Position numbers and translations under genes: made by a program
Shown: positions 23,609 to 28,147 of the stretch, in pieces
Layout of the letters: every line of letters starts with the position of its first letter
Numbering within the stretch: the stretch's first letter is position 1
Source: a virus
Taxonomy: Duplodnaviria; Caudoviricetes
Reading direction: 5' to 3' (one strand)
IMG/VR virus record: IMGVR_UViG_3300032254_000255
Span: 1-28,147 of that record
Length of the DNA stretch: 28,147 nt
The notes under the pieces: generated by a model
Databases searched by the model: none
Told to the model about the DNA's origin: nothing
Seen by the model: only the letters and a program-made list of their open reading frames with translations

Positions 23609-24898
23609 ATGAGCCTAGAACTACTCAAAAAAGAGGCGCAGGAGGTGGCCGCGCGTATGGAAAGCCGCTTGCAGATCGCGATTGACGATGATCGTGAACT
23701 GACTGCTGAAGAAGATACTGCCGACAAAGCAGATCAAGAAAAATTTGATAAATTGAAAGCTCAAATTGACAGTAAAGAGCGACTTGCCTCACGCATTACA
23801 GCGGTTAAAGCAGCGTCGCCACAGATTACAATTGTGAAAGACGAAAGAGAAAAGGCGCACCAAGACCCTAATAAGCGCGCTGATGGCTTTGGTGATATTC
23901 ATGAGTTCGCACTTGCTGTTTGCCGTGCAACAGACCCGCATGGTATGCGCGTTGTAGATGATCGACTTGCTGCCCCTACGAATTTCCATCAGGAATCAGG
24001 TGACGGAAATCACACAGGTTACTTGGTTCCGGCTGAGTTCCGCCGCGAAATTTGGTCACTGGTTAATAACGAGGAGAGCTTGCTACCATTGACGGACAGC
24101 ACGCCAACTTCTTCTAACCAAATTGATATGAACGGCGACGAGTCTACCCCTTGGGGTTCAACGGGCATTCAGTCTTATTGGCGCTCTGAAGCATCTCAAA
24201 TGACCCCCTCTAAATTGAACCTCGACGGTCGATCGGTTAAGCTCAATGAGCTTTACGCAATGTGCCTAGCTACTGACGAGCTGTTGCAGGACGGACCACG
24301 TCTCTCTAACTTGTTGACAAAGGGCGCAGCCGAGGCAATCCGCTGGAAACAAAACGCCTCAATCTTTGAAGGTACGGGCGTAGGTCAACCGCTTGGTTTT
24401 GAAAACTCCGGTGCTTACGTTTCTGTTGCTAAAGAGTCTGGCCAGACTGCTACAACGATTAATGCTCAAAATGTTGCCAAGATGTTTAGCCGTAACCTAA
24501 ATCCCGGGCGTTCCGTGTGGTTTGTCAATCAAGACGTATTACCGCAACTAATGACAATGACCCTTGGTGATCAGCCTATTTGGACGCCTCCGGCTTCTGG
24601 CTTCACTAATGCTCCTGGTGGTTTCCTATTTGGACGCCCTGTTATGTTTAGTCATCACTGCGAAACACTTGGTACACTTGGGGATATTCAATTCGTTGAC
24701 CTTAAGGGATACTTTACAGCCTACAAACAAGGCGGCACGCAATTTGCTGAATCAATGCACCTATACTTTGATTACGGTGTTAATGCCTTCCGCTGGGTCT
24801 TCCGTTTTGGTGGTCAACCACACTTAACAGCCCCTGTTTCACCTAACAAAGGTAGCGCTACTAAGTCGCACTTTGTTGGCTTGGCAACTCGCGCGTAA
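23609..24898 (+). CDS. HK97-fold major capsid protein
   Basis: AAGGAG RBS before MSLELL; delta-domain coiled coil, GYLVP, TDELL.D, GTGVGQP.G, LFGRPV. Confidence 0.95.
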   Translation: MSLELLKKEAQEVAARMESRLQIAIDDDRELTAEEDTADKADQEKFDKLKAQIDSKERLASRITAVKAASPQITIVKDEREKAHQDPNKRADGFGDIHEFALAVCRATDPHGMRVVDDRLAAPTNFHQESGDGNHTGYLVPAEFRREIWSLVNNEESLLPLTDSTPTSSNQIDMNGDESTPWGSTGIQSYWRSEASQMTPSKLNLDGRSVKLNELYAMCLATDELLQDGPRLSNLLTKGAAEAIRWKQNASIFEGTGVGQPLGFENSGAYVSVAKESGQTATTINAQNVAKMFSRNLNPGRSVWFVNQDVLPQLMTMTLGDQPIWTPPASGFTNAPGGFLFGRPVMFSHHCETLGTLGDIQFVDLKGYFTAYKQGGTQFAESMHLYFDYGVNAFRWVFRFGGQPHLTAPVSPNKGSATKSHFVGLATRA

Positions 24899-24915
24899 TT
24901 GAAAGGAAATAAAAC

Positions 24916-25377
24916 ATGTCAATTTCAAACGCAAATCTAAAACCAAGCGCTCAAGCTGCAATTGTTGGTGCGATTGATCCAGATGTAACAACTGCCAGTA
25001 CTGTGACAACAGGCTGGATTGATGCTTCTGAGTTCAAGGCATTTATGGGCGTTGTCATGGCGGGTACACTTGGCACTAGTGCCACTGTTGACGCTAAGTT
25101 TGAGCAAGCAACTGATAGTTCTGGAACGGGTGCAAAAGATGTGTCCGGTACAGATATTACACAGCTTACTCAGGCAGGCACTGATAGCGACAAGCAAGCT
25201 GTTATCAACGTAACTCAGGAAGATTTGGATATTGCAAACAGTTTCACGCATATCCGCCTTTCTGTGACGGTTGGGACGGCTACGAGTGACGCGGGCGCGT
25301 TGGTGCTCGGGTTTTATCCATCTTACGGCCCTGCTTCCGATAATGATGCATCTACTGTTGATGAGATCGTAAACTAA
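24916..25377 (+). CDS. Putative capsid decoration/auxiliary head protein
   Basis: Directly after capsid gene, strong RBS, beta-rich Thr/Ala composition. Confidence 0.65.
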   Translation: MSISNANLKPSAQAAIVGAIDPDVTTASTVTTGWIDASEFKAFMGVVMAGTLGTSATVDAKFEQATDSSGTGAKDVSGTDITQLTQAGTDSDKQAVINVTQEDLDIANSFTHIRLSVTVGTATSDAGALVLGFYPSYGPASDNDASTVDEIVN

Positions 25378-25383
25378 GAACAT

Positions 25384-25411
25384 GGGAGGCTTCGGCCTCC
25401 CTTCCTCTTTT
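25384..25411 (+). terminator. Hairpin/terminator after head genes
   Basis: GGGAGGC-TTCG-GCCTCCC then pyrimidine tract. Confidence 0.65.
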
Positions 25412-25422
25412 GGTGGGTTGCT

Positions 25423-26004
25423 ATGATTTATCACGACTATACAGAAACCTCGACACCTTCCGTTTATCCTGTCACTCGTGACGAGGCTAAAGACTGGCTG
25501 CGTGTGGATGATACTAACAGTGATGATTTAATAGATTCATTGATTGAATCCGCGACATATCTTATCGAACAGATGGTAAACCGCCCACTGATTAGCCGCA
25601 CCTACACGCTAAAGATGGACTGTTTTCCCTCTGTTATTGAGTTATCAAAAGTACCTTGTACGGCGGTAAGTCAGATTACTTATCTTGACAGTCAAGGCTC
25701 TAGCCAAACGCTCGCAACAAGTGTTTATAGAACATCATTAGGTGGCGAATGGCAATCTTGCAGGATTACAAGGGATTACGGTCAAGTTTGGCCTGCTACC
25801 TACCCTGTGGTTGACGCTGTAACGGTTTCTTTTACGGCTGGATACGGTGCGGCGGGTTCTGATGTTCCCGAGGCTATCAGGCAGGCTATTTTATACCAAA
25901 TATCAAGCATGTTTGACTCTCGCTGCCCAACAGATTCAGAAACGTTTGAGTCCCCAACATCTAAGGCGCTGGTTAAGTCTCGTATGTGGCCGAGGGATTT
26001 ATGA
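25423..26004 (+). CDS. Head-tail connector (gp6-like)
   Basis: PVT.DEAK.WLRVD, FTAGYG..DVPEAIRQAIL. Confidence 0.9.
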   Translation: MIYHDYTETSTPSVYPVTRDEAKDWLRVDDTNSDDLIDSLIESATYLIEQMVNRPLISRTYTLKMDCFPSVIELSKVPCTAVSQITYLDSQGSSQTLATSVYRTSLGGEWQSCRITRDYGQVWPATYPVVDAVTVSFTAGYGAAGSDVPEAIRQAILYQISSMFDSRCPTDSETFESPTSKALVKSRMWPRDL

Positions 26005-26330
26005 TTTGCACTATGCGCGAGCGCGTGACCTTCGAGGAGGAAACGCCTACACCGGACGGGGGTGGTGGTAGCACGACAGCATGGGGCAATATTAGCACCA
26101 CGCCCACTGTATGGGCAGAGGTTAAGCCTGTGCGGGGTTCTGAGGCGGTTGACACAGGGCATTTAGCCTCAAAACAGATGTATCTGGTTACAATCAGGCA
26201 CAGAACAGACATTACAACAGCCATGCGGATTGTTTGGGGGAGCGTTTACATGAACATACGCGCCACACAAAACCGCGACATGAAAAAGAAGTATTTGACG
26301 ATCGAGGCTGAAGCCGGTGTCACGCAGTAG
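26001..26330 (+). CDS. Head closure protein (SPP1 gp16-like)
   Basis: RERVTF..DGGGG..W..TVWAEVKP.RG.E, ITTAMRI; ATGA overlap at 26001. Confidence 0.88.
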   Translation: MICTMRERVTFEEETPTPDGGGGSTTAWGNISTTPTVWAEVKPVRGSEAVDTGHLASKQMYLVTIRHRTDITTAMRIVWGSVYMNIRATQNRDMKKKYLTIEAEAGVTQ

Positions 26331-26718
26331 AATGACGGGCGCTAACAGACTGCGCCGCAAGCTTCAAAGGTTGCCAGATCATATTCAAAAGCCGGTTAAG
26401 ACCACATTAGAGCGCGGCGCGAACGTTATGTATGCTGATACGCTAAAGAATGTGCCTGTTGATGAAGGCGACCTTGCAAAGTCACTGCATAAGGCGAAGC
26501 GGTCTAGCGGTATGAAATGGATTGTTGGCTGGTGGAAAAAAGGCAATGCCAGGAATTGGAAGCTTGCGGGGTGGCGTGCTCACTTCTCGGAATTTGGCAC
26601 AGAGAAAAGCCCTGCACAGCCAATGCTTGGCCCTGCTTTCAGGAATAATCAGCGCTGGATTAGTGGTCAGATAAAAGCTGCGGTCAATCGGGCGCTAAGA
26701 CAGGCTGGCAGGTTATGA
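26317..26718 (+). CDS. HK97 gp10-like tail component
   Basis: PVDEGDL..S, EFGTEKSPAQPML.PA. Confidence 0.88.
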   Translation: MSRSRMTGANRLRRKLQRLPDHIQKPVKTTLERGANVMYADTLKNVPVDEGDLAKSLHKAKRSSGMKWIVGWWKKGNARNWKLAGWRAHFSEFGTEKSPAQPMLGPAFRNNQRWISGQIKAAVNRALRQAGRL

Positions 26719-27128
26719 GTTCACCGTCTTGGGAAGTTCAAAAGGCTGTTTATACCGCCCTTGCTGCTAATAGCGGCTTGACGGCGTTGCTTGCTTCGGG
26801 GTCTGCGAGCATTGTTGATGGTTCTGCGCAGGACGCGGCGTTTCCTTATGTGGACTTAGGAGAAATTGAAGAACGGGACGCGTCAACAAAGAGCTTTGTT
26901 GGCGGTGAGACCTTTATGACGCTGCATGTTTGGTCTGATGCGAACGGCAAGAAGGAAATAGGCGATATATTCGTGCAGATTAAAAGCAGCCTTAACCGGC
27001 AAGCGCTTTCTGTAACGAGTAATCAGCTTGTGGACCTTACTTATGAAAATTCGCGCATATTCAGGGATGCAGACGGGCAAACGCGGCATGGTGTCATTCA
27101 GTTTAGAGCGATAACGATTGAGAGTTAA
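26715..27128 (+). CDS. DUF3168 tail terminator
   Basis: QKAVY.AL, FPYV.LG, LHVWS, DG.TRHGV..FRA. Confidence 0.88.
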   Translation: MSSPSWEVQKAVYTALAANSGLTALLASGSASIVDGSAQDAAFPYVDLGEIEERDASTKSFVGGETFMTLHVWSDANGKKEIGDIFVQIKSSLNRQALSVTSNQLVDLTYENSRIFRDADGQTRHGVIQFRAITIES

Positions 27129-27735
27129 AGATAGGCACTCGGGCAAGGTCGCAGCAATACTTGGTGGCGGTCCTAGTTTACATAAAGACTTAAAAAGGGT
27201 TCCTTCGGGGGCCATTTTTTTTGCCGTAAATCATTACGATGCGGATATTGAAACAGATTACACGGTTTACAACGATAGACACACGTTCGAGTTCATAAAG
27301 CCCTCAAATAGCGTGACGTTAAGCCGGTTTCCTGAATCTGATGTGCAAATGCCTTATGAAACGGGTGTTTTAAGCATCATTTTAGCCGCAAGAACAGCGC
27401 GGGAAATGGGCTGTGCGCCTATTTTGCTTTGTGGTTGTGACTGCACGGGAAACCACGCGAAACAAGACGTTGATATTGACTGGTATCTGGATAAGTGGCG
27501 CAAGGAAAACCTTGAAGACATACGGGCGGTATCAGGCCCATTACAGCAGTTATTCGGGCGTGTGAGGCGGAAGATAGAGCCTTTCCCCGAGAAAATCAGA
27601 GTGAACATTACGAAAAACCAAACCGTTGTCTTGAATAAAAGGCAATCGGTCAACTTTGTGCGCGGTGTGCATGACTTGCCCCGCCATTTAGCAAAAGCCG
27701 CATTAGCGGCGGGCATAGCCATAAAGGAGAAATAA
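27118..27735 (+). CDS. DUF115/Maf(MptE)-like transferase-fold protein
   Basis: AAILGGGPSL, IFFAVN, A..MGCAPILLCGCD motifs; TTG start is uncertain. Confidence 0.65.
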   Translation: MRVKDRHSGKVAAILGGGPSLHKDLKRVPSGAIFFAVNHYDADIETDYTVYNDRHTFEFIKPSNSVTLSRFPESDVQMPYETGVLSIILAARTAREMGCAPILLCGCDCTGNHAKQDVDIDWYLDKWRKENLEDIRAVSGPLQQLFGRVRRKIEPFPEKIRVNITKNQTVVLNKRQSVNFVRGVHDLPRHLAKAALAAGIAIKEK

Positions 27736-27736
27736 C

Positions 27737-28147
27737 ATGGCAGCAGAAAAAGGTCGCTCGTTCGTAGTTAAGCGCGGTGACGGTGCAACAAGTGAAACAT
27801 TCACGACAATTGCGGGTGGTTTGGATCATACAATTTCTATTAATGGCGAACCTGTTGAAATCACGAATAAAGATAGTAGTGGGTGGCGTGAACTGTTGGC
27901 TGGTGCTGGTACAACGGGAGTTGATGTATCTGGAAACGGTGTTTTCACTGACACAAGCACTGAGGTTTCTGTGCAAACGTCGGCAATGAACAAGACGTTA
28001 GATAACTATGAAATTACCTTTGAAAGTGGTGATAAATTTAGCGGTTCTTTCCAGGTGACTGGTCTTGAATATTCAGGAAGTCAAAACGGCCCGCGTAATT
28101 ATAGTTTTACACTCACATCTTCCGGCTCAATTACATTTACGGCGGCA
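27737..28147 (+). CDS. Major tail tube protein (TP901-1/GTA-like); stop codon beyond window; not in ORF track
   Basis: AAGGAG RBS; MAAEKGRSFVVKRGDG..VEITNKDSSGWRELLAGAG..VSGNGVF..SSGSITFTAA. Confidence 0.92.
   Translation, partial: MAAEKGRSFVVKRGDGATSETFTTIAGGLDHTISINGEPVEITNKDSSGWRELLAGAGTTGVDVSGNGVFTDTSTEVSVQTSAMNKTLDNYEITFESGDKFSGSFQVTGLEYSGSQNGPRNYSFTLTSSGSITFTAA

Larger units (their letters stand above)
1..28147. mobile_element. Temperate HK97/lambda-like siphovirus prophage or phage genome segment (incomplete; rest of tail and lysis genes outside window)
   Basis: Syntenic integrase, recombination, cI/cro switch, replication, terminase, portal, protease, capsid, neck and tail genes fill the whole window. 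Confidence 0.97.

Noticed and set aside
27777-27989. 70-aa ORF in track
   Set aside because: Out-of-frame shadow inside the tail tube gene starting at 27737

Overview
A 28-kb segment of a temperate, lambdoid/HK97-type siphovirus (pro)phage, probably of an alphaproteobacterial host (inferred from the SSB, Cro/CII, GcrA-like, DUF1376 and tail-tube types). Order: tyrosine integrase and xis-like gene <- leftward early operon (SSB, DUF1367, Bet recombinase, Gp157, HNH-like, DUF6745 repeat protein plus partner) <- PL | cI with two co-transcribed membrane genes <- PR -> cro, cII-like, a structured non-coding region, HNH, DUF1064, two DNA methyltransferases, DUF1376 initiator, Lar, putative late regulator -> late promoter/terminator, gp74-like HNH, fibre-like protein, probable cos, terS/terL, portal, S49 protease, capsid, head-tail joining genes, and a tail tube running off the right edge. 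Most unusual: (1) an early-operon 136-aa protein carrying a copy of the portal stem/clip segment (candidate portal decoy or packaging inhibitor); (2) an HNH gene sitting in the loop of a 22-bp long-range RNA helix just after a 76-nt pseudo-tRNA and other T-loop hairpins; (3) a C5 methyltransferase whose motif IX is encoded by a nested, out-of-frame second ORF; (4) a DUF115/Maf-like transferase inside the tail operon. Family names come from motif recognition only; no searches were run.
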